Part shown: piece by piece, positions 50,515-60,203 of the stretch
Layout of the letters: each line of letters begins with the position of its first letter
Numbering within the stretch: position 1 is the stretch's first letter
Origin: Deltaproteobacteria bacterium
GTDB taxonomy: Bacteria > Myxococcota_A > UBA796 > JAFGLY01
NCBI GenBank assembly: GCA_016927815.1
Contig: JAFGLY010000170.1
Location: 4,740 to 68,739 of the forward strand
Direction of reading: 5' to 3'
Length of the DNA stretch: 64,000 bases
Program-made: the position numbers and the translations under genes
Notes under the pieces: generated by a model
The model's input: the letters and a program-made list of their open reading frames with translations, nothing else
Database searches by the model: none
Told to the model about the DNA's origin: nothing

Positions 50515-51343
50515 GCGCCTCGGCCTCGAGCCGCTCGAGCTGCTCGGCGGGCACCACGTAGCGCCGACCGCACCACTGGCACGTCATCTCGGCCTGCCCG
50601 TACGCCTCGAGGAGCGATCGGATCTCGCCGGCGCCCAGCCCCAGCAGGATGGCCTCGCACCGGGCCTGCGAGCAGGGGCAGGCGAACCGCACCCCGCGAC
50701 GTTCGAGGACCTCGACCGGAAAGCCCCTCAGGGTCTTGGCCGCGAGGTCCTGCTGCACCGACCGGAGATCGCATGCAGCGAGATCCCCGAAGAGGTCCGC
50801 GAACACCTCGGTCGATGCGTCGGGCAGCTTCTCGACGAGCAGGCCCGCTGCGAGGGCCACCTCGCCGTCCGAACCGAGGCGGGAGGCGATGCGGACCCCC
50901 CCCACCGTCTGCTGGGATCGCACGAGGTAGGCTTGCAGGGCGCCCTGGAAGTCGCCGTGTTCGAGCGGAGCGGTGCCCCGGTAGAGCTCGCGGCCCGGGA
51001 GGTGCTTGATGACGAGCACCAGGCCCGAGAGCGGTCGGGCCGCGGGCAGGGTGGCGGGCGAGAAGCGGGCCCGCACCCTGCCGTCGGCGTCCACGTCGGC
51101 CGCGAAGGAGAAGCGCGGCCGTTCCCCCTGGACCTGGAAGGTGATCCGCTCCTCGCCCTTGGTGTAGGCGCTCATGAGCAGGGCCGCGACGAGGCCCTCG
51201 GCGGCCACCTGGGCCGCCTCCTTCCAGAGCCCGTGCCGGACGCGTACCTCCTCTGCGGCTGTGGTGGCGTCCACGGCCAGGAGGCGTACGCCCGCGGGGT
51301 CGGAGATCCCGATGAGAAAGGCGTCGCGGAGCGGCGGATCCAC
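50495..51343 (-). CDS. hslO: Redox-regulated chaperone Hsp33
   Basis: C-terminal zinc centre FACPCSQARC...TCQWCGRRY. 282 aa. The 3' end overlaps the convergent phosphatase gene by 20 nt. Confidence 0.9.
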   Translation of the reverse strand: MDPPLRDAFLIGISDPAGVRLLAVDATTAAEEVRVRHGLWKEAAQVAAEGLVAALLMSAYTKGEERITFQVQGERPRFSFAADVDADGRVRARFSPATLPAARPLSGLVLVIKHLPGRELYRGTAPLEHGDFQGALQAYLVRSQQTVGGVRIASRLGSDGEVALAAGLLVEKLPDASTEVFADLFGDLAACDLRSVQQDLAAKTLRGFPVEVLERRGVRFACPCSQARCEAILLGLGAGEIRSLLEAYGQAEMTCQWCGRRYVVPAEQLERLEAEALRRPRA

Positions 51344-51352
51344 GAGGGGTGC

Positions 51353-53617
51353 CTACGAGCCGCGGGTGGCGGCCAGCGCGGCCTCCATGCGGGTCAGGAA
51401 GTCCGTGGGCGGGAGGAACCCGGTGACCGTGAGATCGGAGAGGGGGGTGCCGTCGGGTCTCAGGAAGAGGACCGTGGGCAGACCCTTCACCTGGTACCGG
51501 GAGAGCACATCCGCCACGGCGGGGTCGGAAGCGCGCGTGGCGTCCACGTAGAGCGCGACGAACGCCTCCGCCGCCTCGACCACCCGGGCATCTACGTACG
51601 TGATGTGCTCGAGTTCCTTGCAGGCCGCGCACCAGTCCGCGCCGAAGTCGATGATCACGGGCTTGCCCTCGGACGCTGCGCGGGCCAGCACCGCCTTCTC
51701 GTCCAACTCGAACCGGATGCCTTCAGAGACCGCCCCGACCGCAGCCGGGCTCTCGGTGCCCGACGAGGTCGTGCGCACGGCGAGCGGCGGGATCCAGCCC
51801 TCCGAGGAGAGCACGCCCAGGAGCAGCCAGGCGCCCAGGAGGCCGCCGACGATGCCGTAGAGGCGCCGGATGCGCACGACCCCGCTGTCGCCCTCTTCTC
51901 CGGAGGGCCATCCGAAGACCGCCGTGGTGAGCAGGATGCCGGCCACGAGCAGCAGGGTCAGCCATTCCGGGAGATGGGCATGTACGTAGTAGACGGCACC
52001 AAGGAGCAAGAGCACGCCGAAGGCGTGCTTCACGGTTTCCATCCAGGCACCCGGTCTCAAGACCGAGGACGCGAAGACGCCGGCCAACAGGAAGATCACC
52101 CCCATGCCGAGGGAGAACGCCAGCATGAGGACCACACCGAGGAGCGCCTGGCCCTGGGTGCCGATGAGGACCATGAGGCTCACGATCACCGGGCCCGAGC
52201 AGGGCCCTGCCACGATGGCCCCCACCATGCCGATCACCAGGGCGCCGGCGTATCCGACCCCGCCGATCCGGTTCAGGCGCGTGGCGAGACCGCCGGGCAA
52301 GGCCACGTCGAACCACCCGAACATGGACAGGCCCATGGCGGCGAAGAACACGCCCACCAACCCGACCACCCAGGGATTCTGCATCCATCCGCCGAAGAGA
52401 CTGCCCGTGAGCCCTGAGATCACGCCGAGGGCGGTGTAGACCAGGGCCAACCCCACCACGTACGTGAGGGAGAGCGTGAACCCCTTCCATCGGCTTCCCG
52501 CCGTCTGGACGCCGATGATGCCCATGGTGATGGGCACGAGGGGGAGCACGCAGGGCGTGAGGCTCACGAGAAATCCTGCTCCAAAAACAAAAAGAACGAG
52601 CCAAATCAAACCCTTCTGCTGCATTTTCTCGAAGGTGCCCACAGGGGCTCCGGGCGCAGCGGCGACGCCGTCGGAGGCCCCGGTTCCCTCGACCTCCACC
52701 TGGAGTTCCACGGTGCGGGGCATATGACAGAGATCCGCTTTACAAGCCTGGTAGCGTGCAATCACCGAAACCGGGTGGCGTCCGGCGGGTCCGGTCACCG
52801 GGAGCCGAACGAGGAAGTCGCCCCCGATCTCCACGCGGTCGATGCCCAGGGCTGCGTTCGTCACGCGCTCGCCGGCGGGCCAGACGGCCTCTTTGGCCTG
52901 CACGGGGGCGTCCGGACCGAGTTCGACCCCCGACAGGTCTCGGTTCACATGCCATCCGTCGAGCAGGTACCAGGCCACGAGGATCTCGCCGGGCCCACCC
53001 GGGGCGGCCCTCACGGCCACCGGATCCTGCTCCGTGACCTCGGGGCGCGCCCCGAAGACCGCGGCGTCGAGGGTGGCTTCGGGAGCGGGGGCGTTGGCCG
53101 GCTCGGACGCCGTTGGAGGGTCCAGGGGTGCGGGCGGCACGGGCGCGGCGCCGGCAGGCAGGACCGTCAGGAGGGTGGACAGCGTGTGGTCGACGGGCAG
53201 GAAGCAGAGGTTCCCTCGGCAGGACTGGAACCGGACCTGCAGGTCCACAGGCCAGTCGTCCGGTGGGGTGTCCCCGGGTACCGCCACGTCGACCGACACC
53301 CCGAAGTCGCCGTCGTACATCTCCCGCGTCTGCTCGGGGAATGCAGGGTCGGGGCCGAGCGTCCCCATGGGGAACTCGGGGGCTGCGAACCGGAAGGACC
53401 CGGGCCGGTCTACGCGGACCTCGGTCATGTCGCGGTAGACGTGGTACCCGTGGGGCACCTCGAACCGCACCGTGAACGTTCCCGTGCCACCAGCCGCCAC
53501 CTGGACGGCGTCCACGTATGCTTTGACGGGATTCTCCTCGATCGCGGCGTGTGCGGTGGCCGGAAGGACGGCGAGGACGAGCGCGAGAAGGCGGAGGAAC
53601 AGGCGGGGGCGTGTCAT
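51353..53617 (-). CDS. Thiol:disulfide interchange protein, DsbD/ScsB-like (two N-terminal Ig-like domains, CcdA-type TM core, C-terminal thioredoxin)
   Basis: Two alpha-type domains end FQSCRGNLCFLP and YQACKADLCHMP. TM core LVSLTPCVLPLVP and IVAGPCSGP. Thioredoxin DFGADWCAACKELE. ATG at 53617 (MTRPRLFLRLLALVLAVLPATAHA), track start 53647. Confidence 0.85.
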   Translation of the reverse strand: MTRPRLFLRLLALVLAVLPATAHAAIEENPVKAYVDAVQVAAGGTGTFTVRFEVPHGYHVYRDMTEVRVDRPGSFRFAAPEFPMGTLGPDPAFPEQTREMYDGDFGVSVDVAVPGDTPPDDWPVDLQVRFQSCRGNLCFLPVDHTLSTLLTVLPAGAAPVPPAPLDPPTASEPANAPAPEATLDAAVFGARPEVTEQDPVAVRAAPGGPGEILVAWYLLDGWHVNRDLSGVELGPDAPVQAKEAVWPAGERVTNAALGIDRVEIGGDFLVRLPVTGPAGRHPVSVIARYQACKADLCHMPRTVELQVEVEGTGASDGVAAAPGAPVGTFEKMQQKGLIWLVLFVFGAGFLVSLTPCVLPLVPITMGIIGVQTAGSRWKGFTLSLTYVVGLALVYTALGVISGLTGSLFGGWMQNPWVVGLVGVFFAAMGLSMFGWFDVALPGGLATRLNRIGGVGYAGALVIGMVGAIVAGPCSGPVIVSLMVLIGTQGQALLGVVLMLAFSLGMGVIFLLAGVFASSVLRPGAWMETVKHAFGVLLLLGAVYYVHAHLPEWLTLLLVAGILLTTAVFGWPSGEEGDSGVVRIRRLYGIVGGLLGAWLLLGVLSSEGWIPPLAVRTTSSGTESPAAVGAVSEGIRFELDEKAVLARAASEGKPVIIDFGADWCAACKELEHITYVDARVVEAAEAFVALYVDATRASDPAVADVLSRYQVKGLPTVLFLRPDGTPLSDLTVTGFLPPTDFLTRMEAALAATRGS

Positions 53618-53766
53618 CGGACACCCGGGGCGCGAAGGAGCGGACACGCTAACGCGGACGGCCGCCAGGAGGGGGCGACGGGCGCCCGAGACCCTTGCCG
53701 CGTCGGGGTCCTCGTGTGACTCCAGCCCTCCTGGGTACCCTCCCCGATTCGCCCCCAGAGCCCTTC

Positions 53767-55242
53767 ATGCCCCTTCTCGGCGACACGCTCCCCTCCCCCC
53801 TGCACACCGTGCACATCATGGGCATCTGCGGAACCGCGATGGGCGCGCTCGCCGCCATGCTCAAGGACGCCGGCTACACGGTCACCGGCAGCGACACCGG
53901 CATCTACCCCCCCATGAGCGACGTGCTCGCGGGCCTGGGCATCCGGGTGATGGAGGGATTCAAGGCCACCAACCTCGACCACCGTCCCGATCTCGTGGTG
54001 GTGGGCAACGTGGTTCGGGGTGTCTACGAGGAAGCCCGGGCGCTGGTCGCGTCCGACCTGACCTGGTGTTCCTTCCCCCAGCTCCTGGGCGCGTGTTTCC
54101 TCGAGGGCACGCGCCCTCTCGTTGTCGCCGGAACGCACGGGAAAACCACCGTCACCGCGATCTGCACCTGGCTTCTCGAGTCCGCCGGACGCGCACCGGG
54201 GTACCTGGTCGGGGGTGTGCCTGCGAACCTCGACCGCACCGCTCGGGCCTGCCGCGCCGCTCCGGGGGTGCCCCGGCACTTCGTGGTGGAGGGGGACGAG
54301 TACGACACGGCCTTCTTCGACAAGCGCCCCAAGTTCCTCCACTACCGGCCGCAGACGGCGATCGTCACGAGCGTGGAGTTCGACCACGCGGACATCTACC
54401 GCGATCTGGACCACGTCAAGAGCGCCTTCGGCGCGTTCGTGGAGCTGATTCCGCCGGAAGGAGGGTGCCTCGTCGCCTCCTGGGCCGATCCCGAGGTGCG
54501 GGAGGTGGTCGGGCAGGCCCGGTGCGAGGTGCGGCGCTACGGCCCGGACTGCCCCTGGGACGGTCGGATCCTGGAGGTGGATCCCCACGCGGGGACCATG
54601 CGCTTCGAGGTACTCCACGCGGGCCACCCCTACGGCACCTTCACCTCCTGCATGGTGGGGACCCACAACCTCTGGAACCAGGTGGCAGCGGTGGCCGCCC
54701 TGGATCGAGAGGGTCTCACGCCCGCTCAGATGGCCGAGGGGTTTGCCCGTTTCCGTGGGATCCGACGGCGCCAGGAGCTCATCGGAGAGCCCGGGGGCGT
54801 CGCGGTGATCGACGACTTTGCCCATCATCCCACGGCGGTGCGGGTCACGCTCGACGCTCTCAAGATGCGTTTCGGCGGGCGGAGACTGTGGGCGGTGTTC
54901 GAGCCGCGTTCCAACACGAGCCGCAGGGCCGTCTTCCAGCAGGCCTATGCGGAGGCCTTCGACCGGGCCGACGTGGTGGTCGTCGCGGATCCGGGTCGAG
55001 CCGATGTGCTCCCCGACGAGGAGCGTTTCCATCCCGAGGCATTGGTGCAGGCGCTGCTCGGTCGCGGCATCGAGGCCCACCACGTCCCCACACCCGCCGA
55101 GATCGCCGTCACGGTCTCGGCCAACGCCATGCCCGGCGACGTGGTGGCCCTCCTCTCCAACGGGGGCTTCGGAGGGCTTCGGGCCCTGCTGCCCGAAGCC
55201 CTCGCACGCCGCTTCGAGACAGGAGCGGATCCGTCGCGGTGA
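53767..55242 (+). CDS. mpl: UDP-N-acetylmuramate:L-alanyl-gamma-D-glutamyl-meso-DAP ligase (murein peptide ligase)
   Basis: HIMGICGTAMGALAAMLKDAGYTVTGSD..YPPMS aligns with the E. coli Mpl N-terminus. AGTHGKTT P-loop. ATG at 53767. The track extension to 53695 is rejected. Confidence 0.85.
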   Translation: MPLLGDTLPSPLHTVHIMGICGTAMGALAAMLKDAGYTVTGSDTGIYPPMSDVLAGLGIRVMEGFKATNLDHRPDLVVVGNVVRGVYEEARALVASDLTWCSFPQLLGACFLEGTRPLVVAGTHGKTTVTAICTWLLESAGRAPGYLVGGVPANLDRTARACRAAPGVPRHFVVEGDEYDTAFFDKRPKFLHYRPQTAIVTSVEFDHADIYRDLDHVKSAFGAFVELIPPEGGCLVASWADPEVREVVGQARCEVRRYGPDCPWDGRILEVDPHAGTMRFEVLHAGHPYGTFTSCMVGTHNLWNQVAAVAALDREGLTPAQMAEGFARFRGIRRRQELIGEPGGVAVIDDFAHHPTAVRVTLDALKMRFGGRRLWAVFEPRSNTSRRAVFQQAYAEAFDRADVVVVADPGRADVLPDEERFHPEALVQALLGRGIEAHHVPTPAEIAVTVSANAMPGDVVALLSNGGFGGLRALLPEALARRFETGADPSR

Positions 55243-55266
55243 GCGACGTGCGCCGGAGGGGGCCGG

Positions 55267-56595
55267 CTACCCGCCCAGGCCCATCTCCGCGATCCACCGA
55301 TCCAGGGTGGCGGCCAGAGACGGCTGGCCGTGCATCTCGGCCAGGTCGTACTGGACGTTCACGATGGGTCGGCCGGGATGCACGAGCCCGGCCAGGTCGA
55401 TGGGCGTGCCCGAGAGCACCAGGTCGGCGGGTACGGCCTTCAGGGTGGCGTCGAGGTCGGCCACCTGGTCGGGGGAGTAGCCCATGGCGGGCACGAGTGG
55501 GCCGATATTCGGGTACTTCCGGTACGTCTCGGCGATCTCGCCCTTGAAGTGCGGCCGGGGATCGACCACGACCGCACCGGCGCGGCGAGCCAGGAGCGTG
55601 GCCGCACCGTAGGCCATGCCGCCGTGCGTGGTGGTCGGACCGTCCTCCACACACACCACCCGCCGGCCAGCGAGGGACGCCTCGTCCACGTCCACCGTCC
55701 GGAGAATCGAATCCACGGCGATCACCTCTGCGCGGGGTGCGAGCTCGCGTGCGAGGGCCCGCTCGGCCTCGATGGCCTCGGCCGGAGCGCTGCCGCTCTT
55801 GGAGATCAGGACGACGTCCGCCAGGCGCACCTGGGCCTCGGAGGGCCAGTACGCACGGGCGTGGCCGGGTCGGTGTGGATCCATCAGGACCAGGTGGAGG
55901 TCGGGTTCCACGAACGGCAGGTCGTTGTTCCCTCCATCCCACAGGATGAGGTCGGCCTCTTCCTCTGCCTGGGCCAGGATGCGGGCGTAGTCCACGCCTG
56001 CGTAGACCACCCGGCCCCGGGCGATGTACGGCTCGTACTCCTCGCGTTCCTCGATGGTGCAGCGGTGCCGCAGGAGGTCCTCCTCCGAGGCGAAGCGCTG
56101 GACGACCTGGGCCGAGAGGTCACCGTAGGGCATGGGATGACGGATGCCCACGGCCTTGAGCCCGCGCTCGCCCAGGAGGTCGAGCAGGTACCGGGTGGTC
56201 TGGCTCTTGCCGCAGCCCGTGCGTACGGCGCCGATGCCGAGCACCGGCTTGCGGCTGTGCAGCATGGTGCGGGTACCCGGCAGCACGAGGTCGGCCCCCA
56301 CGGCGTTGGCTCGGGCGGCCAGCGAAGCCACGTGCCCCACGGTCACGTCGGAGTAGGAGAACACGAACTGCTTGACACCCTGCTCCAGGGCCAGGCGTTC
56401 GAGATCCTGCTCGGGGACGATGGGGATGCCCTCAGGATACCGGGGGCCGGCCAGGTCCGGTGGGAACCGGCGATCCTCGATGCCGGGGATCTGGGTGGCG
56501 GTGAAGGCCACGACCTCGGCCTGGGGATCGTCCCGGTAGAGCACGAGGAAGTTGTGGAAGTCGCGACCGGCAGCACCGAGGATCGCGATGCGCAT
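55267..56595 (-). CDS. COG2403-type P-loop NTPase (cyclic 2,3-diphosphoglycerate synthetase-like 'predicted GTPase' family)
   Basis: Walker A GAVRTGCGKSQTT, Walker-B-like LILWDGGNNDLPF. 442 aa. The family assignment comes from motif memory, not a search. Confidence 0.55.
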   Translation of the reverse strand: MRIAILGAAGRDFHNFLVLYRDDPQAEVVAFTATQIPGIEDRRFPPDLAGPRYPEGIPIVPEQDLERLALEQGVKQFVFSYSDVTVGHVASLAARANAVGADLVLPGTRTMLHSRKPVLGIGAVRTGCGKSQTTRYLLDLLGERGLKAVGIRHPMPYGDLSAQVVQRFASEEDLLRHRCTIEEREEYEPYIARGRVVYAGVDYARILAQAEEEADLILWDGGNNDLPFVEPDLHLVLMDPHRPGHARAYWPSEAQVRLADVVLISKSGSAPAEAIEAERALARELAPRAEVIAVDSILRTVDVDEASLAGRRVVCVEDGPTTTHGGMAYGAATLLARRAGAVVVDPRPHFKGEIAETYRKYPNIGPLVPAMGYSPDQVADLDATLKAVPADLVLSGTPIDLAGLVHPGRPIVNVQYDLAEMHGQPSLAATLDRWIAEMGLGG

Positions 56596-56710
56596 GAAGA
56601 CTCCGGGGCTCGGGGGACCCCGTGGGCGGCGCCCGTCGGGGCGGGAGCCCTCCTCTAGGGTGGACCCCGTGGGCTGTCAACCGGCCCGGCCTCCAGAAAG
56701 CGGATCCCGG

Positions 56711-57703
56711 TCAGGAGGGGTCCGGACCCTCGGGGGGGGGCGCGTTCCGGAGCACCTCGGTGGGCTCGTCCGCCGTGTCCTTCTCGGCCTTCGGCCCGAA
56801 CAGGGACGCCAGCACCGTGATGGCCAGCACCCCGGCCACGACGCCCAGCGACGCCGCGACCGGGATGTGGAAGAGATCGGTCACCAGCATCTTCCCCCCG
56901 ACGAAGACCAGGATGACCGCGAGTCCGTACCTCAGGTACCGGAACAGGCCCATCACGCCCTGCAGCAGGAAGTAGAGGGATCTCAGGCCCAGGACCGCGC
57001 AGATGTTCGACGAGAAGACGAGGAACGGGTCGGTGGTGACCGAGAACACCGCCGGGATGGAGTCCACGGCGAACATCACGTCCGTGGTCTCGATCACGAG
57101 GAGGGCCACCAGCATGGGGGTGGCGCACAGGCGGCCGTAGAGGCGGATGAAGAAGCGGTCGGTTCCGATCTCCGTACAGACCGGCACCACCTTCCGGAAC
57201 AGCCGAACGAAGAGGTTCTGGTCCGGGTCCACCTTGGTGTCCTGGTGGAATCCCATGCGGGCACCGGTGACCACGAGGAAGAGGCCGAACAGGTAGAGGA
57301 TCCAGTGGAAGCGCTCCACGAGGGCGGTACCCGCGAGGATGAAGATCCCGCGGAACACGATGGCACCGAGGATGCCCCAGAAGAGGACCCGGTGCTGCCG
57401 GGCGGGAGGAATCCCGAAGTACGAGAAGATCGTGAGGATCACGAAGAGGTTGTCGACGGACAGCGACTCCTCGAGGAGGTAGCCGGTGAAGAACTGGAGT
57501 CCGGCCTGGGGCCCCGCCCACCACCAGACGAAGACGTTGACCAGCAGGCCCCCCGCGATCCAGAAGGCGCTCCACCGCGCGGCGGAGCGCAGCGAGACCG
57601 TGGTCTGCCCGCGGTGGGCCAGCAGGCTCACCACGAGCATGACGAAGACGTAGGCGTTGAAGGCTACCCATGCCCAGATCGGCCAGTCGTGGTGTTCGGT
57701 CAT
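56711..57703 (-). CDS. terC: TerC-family integral membrane protein
   Basis: YLLEESLSVDNLFV and LVIETTDVMFAVDSIPAVF signature pair. Polytopic. ATG at 57703 (alternative 57715). Confidence 0.85.
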   Translation of the reverse strand: MTEHHDWPIWAWVAFNAYVFVMLVVSLLAHRGQTTVSLRSAARWSAFWIAGGLLVNVFVWWWAGPQAGLQFFTGYLLEESLSVDNLFVILTIFSYFGIPPARQHRVLFWGILGAIVFRGIFILAGTALVERFHWILYLFGLFLVVTGARMGFHQDTKVDPDQNLFVRLFRKVVPVCTEIGTDRFFIRLYGRLCATPMLVALLVIETTDVMFAVDSIPAVFSVTTDPFLVFSSNICAVLGLRSLYFLLQGVMGLFRYLRYGLAVILVFVGGKMLVTDLFHIPVAASLGVVAGVLAITVLASLFGPKAEKDTADEPTEVLRNAPPPEGPDPS

Positions 57704-57825
57704 CGAACGCCCCATCGGCCCTGCGTGATGCACCCCCCGCCAGTCCGGGCGGAGGCTGGCACGACGAGAACGAAGCACTCGCCGGTGGGGACGGACACCG
57801 AGGGTGTGTACGACACCGGGTTCCT

Positions 57826-58380
57826 CTATCCTTCACCGGAGCGGTCGATCGGGGCGAGGAGGCGGGCCAGCGCGGCCCGTCCATCCTCGCATCGACGCGC
57901 AGCCGTCACGATGTTCGCGCAGGCCTCCGCATCGGAGGCCGGATCGTGATGCACGAGGGGGATGCCGAGTCGACCGCACACGTCGGGCAGGCGGGTGGGG
58001 AAGATGCCGAACGCCGCCCGCGCGAGTCGCACGGTGCACAGGAAGGGCAACCTGGGCGGGGCGAGGCCTGCGGCGGCGCAGCAGGCCAGGAGCACCTGAC
58101 GGTCGAAGGGAGCGTTGTGGGCGGCGAGGAAGGCCGCTCCGTCGAGCATCGGCTGGGCCTCCTGCCAGACGGAGGCGAACGTCGGCTGGTCGACGACCTG
58201 GTCCCACGTGATGCCGTGGACCCACGTGAAGCGGAACACGGATCGCGGCGGGCGGACGAGCCGCCGGAACACCGGCCTCAGGCGGCCGTCCTCCACGCGC
58301 ACCAGGGCCACGGCACAGGCGCTGTCGGGACCCTCGTCGGCCGTCTCGAAATCGATGGCCACGAACGGGTCGTCGGTCAC
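57826..58380 (-). CDS. DEDDh 3'-5' exonuclease (DnaQ/RNase T-like)
   Basis: ExoI FVAIDFETA, ExoII FLAAHNAPFDRQVL, ExoIII HHDPASDAEA. GTG at 58380 overlaps the typA stop (GTGA). The rest of the 831-aa track ORF is an out-of-frame shadow of typA. Confidence 0.8.
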   Translation of the reverse strand: MTDDPFVAIDFETADEGPDSACAVALVRVEDGRLRPVFRRLVRPPRSVFRFTWVHGITWDQVVDQPTFASVWQEAQPMLDGAAFLAAHNAPFDRQVLLACCAAAGLAPPRLPFLCTVRLARAAFGIFPTRLPDVCGRLGIPLVHHDPASDAEACANIVTAARRCEDGRAALARLLAPIDRSGEG

Positions 58381-60203
58381 GTGACCGTCTCCTCGTTCCG
58401 CGCCGGACCCCGTACCACCGAGCGCATGTTCGCGGCGAGGATGCGCTTTCGCAGGCGGATCACCGTGGGAGTGACCTCCACGAGTTCGTCCTCGGCGATG
58501 AACTCGAGGGCCGACTCCAGCGTGTGCATCACGGCGGGGGTGAGGATGAGCTTCTCGTCCGCACCCGCGGCACGGATGTTGGTCAGGTGCTTCTCTCGGC
58601 AGACGTTGACGTTCATGTCGTTGCCGCGCGCGTTTTCCCCCACGACCATGCCCTCGTAGCAGTCGGTCCCTGGGGACACGAACAGCCGACCTCGCGGCTG
58701 CAGGTGGAACAGCGCATAGGTCGTGGCGCTGCCCGGCCGGTCGGCCACCAGGGCGCCGGATGCGCGGTAGCAGATGTACCCCGCCTGCCCGTCCCACCCG
58801 TCGAAGAGCGTGTGGAGGAGGCCCATGCCGCGGGTATCGTTGAGGTACTCGCCCCGGAACCCGATGAGCCCGCGCGCGGGGATGCGGTACGCGAGCCGCA
58901 CCCGGCCGCTCCCATCGCGTTTCATCTCCTCCATCCGTCCCTTTCGGAAGGCCACCTTCTGCGTGACCACCCCCATGAAGGCTTCGGGGAAGTCCAGGAC
59001 CGCAATCTCGTAGGGTTCCTGGATCTGCCCGCCCGTCTCCTTGAGCCGGACCTCGGGCTTGGACATGCACAGCTCGAAGCCCTCGCGCCGCATCTGCTCC
59101 ACGAGGATGCACAGCTGCAGCTCTCCTCGTCCGAAGACGCGCACCGAGGCCGTGTCGTCCATGTCCTCGAGCCGGATGGCCACGTTGTGGAGGGACTCCT
59201 TCTCCAGCCGCTCGCGGATCCTCCGCGCGGTCAGGTACTTCCCGTCGCGGCCGGAGAGGGGGCCGTCGTTGTGGGTGAAGACCACGCCGATGGTCGGCTC
59301 GTCCACCCGGACCCGCGGAAGGGGGCGGGGGTTCTCGAGATCGGTGAGCGTGTCCCCGATGGACAACGCGGCGATGCCGGCGATGGCCACGATCTCGCCC
59401 GCGAGGGCCTCCTGCACCTGGACCCGCTTGAGCCCCACGTGTCGGAACAGGAGGTTGACCCGCACCGGCTGGACCACGCCGTCGCCTGCGACGAGGCCCA
59501 GTTCGTCGCGCTCCCGGATGGTGCCGTTGCGGACGCGGCCGATGGCGAGCCGTCCGACGTACGGATCGTGGTCGAGCTGGGTGACGAGCAGCTGGAGAGG
59601 GGCATCCGGGTCGCCCGTCGGAGGCGGGGTGTGGGCCAGCACGGCCTCGAACAGGGGCACGAGATCCTGCTGATGATCGGGCGTGGGTCCGGCGGTCCCG
59701 GCCTTGGCGCAGGCATAGAGCAGCGGGAACTCGATCTGCTGGTCGTCGGCTCCGAGGTCGATGAAGAGGTCGTACACCTCCTGGACCACCTCGGGGATGC
59801 GGGCGTCGGGTCGGTCGATCTTGTTGATGACGACCACGATCGTGAGACCGCTGGCGAGGGCTTTCTGGAGCACGAAGCGGGTCTGGGGAAGCGGCCCCTC
59901 CGAGGCGTCCACCAGGAGCAGGGCCGCATCCACCATCGACAGGATCCGCTCGACCTCGCCCCCGAAGTCGGCATGGCCCGGCGTGTCCACGATGTTGATC
60001 CGGGTGCCCTTCCACGCGACGGCGGTGCACTTGGACAGGATCGTGATGCCCCGCTCGCGCTCCAGGTCGAGCGAGTCCATGACCCGATCCTGGACGATTT
60101 CGTGCGCCGCCCACGCGCCGGCCTGGCGCAGCATGTGATCCACGAGCGTGGTCTTGCCGTGGTCCACGTGGGCGATGATGGCGATGTTCCGGATGTCGTT
60201 CAC
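58377..60203 (-). CDS. typA: Translational GTPase TypA/BipA
   Basis: IRNIAIIAHVDHGKTTLVD, DTPGHADFGGEVER, NKIDR. 608 aa. Confidence 0.95.
   Translation of the reverse strand: MNDIRNIAIIAHVDHGKTTLVDHMLRQAGAWAAHEIVQDRVMDSLDLERERGITILSKCTAVAWKGTRINIVDTPGHADFGGEVERILSMVDAALLLVDASEGPLPQTRFVLQKALASGLTIVVVINKIDRPDARIPEVVQEVYDLFIDLGADDQQIEFPLLYACAKAGTAGPTPDHQQDLVPLFEAVLAHTPPPTGDPDAPLQLLVTQLDHDPYVGRLAIGRVRNGTIRERDELGLVAGDGVVQPVRVNLLFRHVGLKRVQVQEALAGEIVAIAGIAALSIGDTLTDLENPRPLPRVRVDEPTIGVVFTHNDGPLSGRDGKYLTARRIRERLEKESLHNVAIRLEDMDDTASVRVFGRGELQLCILVEQMRREGFELCMSKPEVRLKETGGQIQEPYEIAVLDFPEAFMGVVTQKVAFRKGRMEEMKRDGSGRVRLAYRIPARGLIGFRGEYLNDTRGMGLLHTLFDGWDGQAGYICYRASGALVADRPGSATTYALFHLQPRGRLFVSPGTDCYEGMVVGENARGNDMNVNVCREKHLTNIRAAGADEKLILTPAVMHTLESALEFIAEDELVEVTPTVIRLRKRILAANMRSVVRGPARNEETVT

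Noticed and set aside
56742-56750. G9 homopolymer (C9 on the coding strand) inside terC as a possible phase-variation tract.
   Set aside because: It lies about 10 codons from the stop, so slippage would change only the extreme C-terminal tail. G/C runs of 7-9 nt are frequent in this window (for example 13213, 49434, 39321).
57704-57825. Possible yybP-ykoY (Mn) riboswitch in the terC leader, since TerC genes often carry one.
   Set aside because: The leader lacks the conserved GGGGAGUAG and 3' half-site motifs. Only generic GC stems (for example GGTGT-N5-ACACC) are present.
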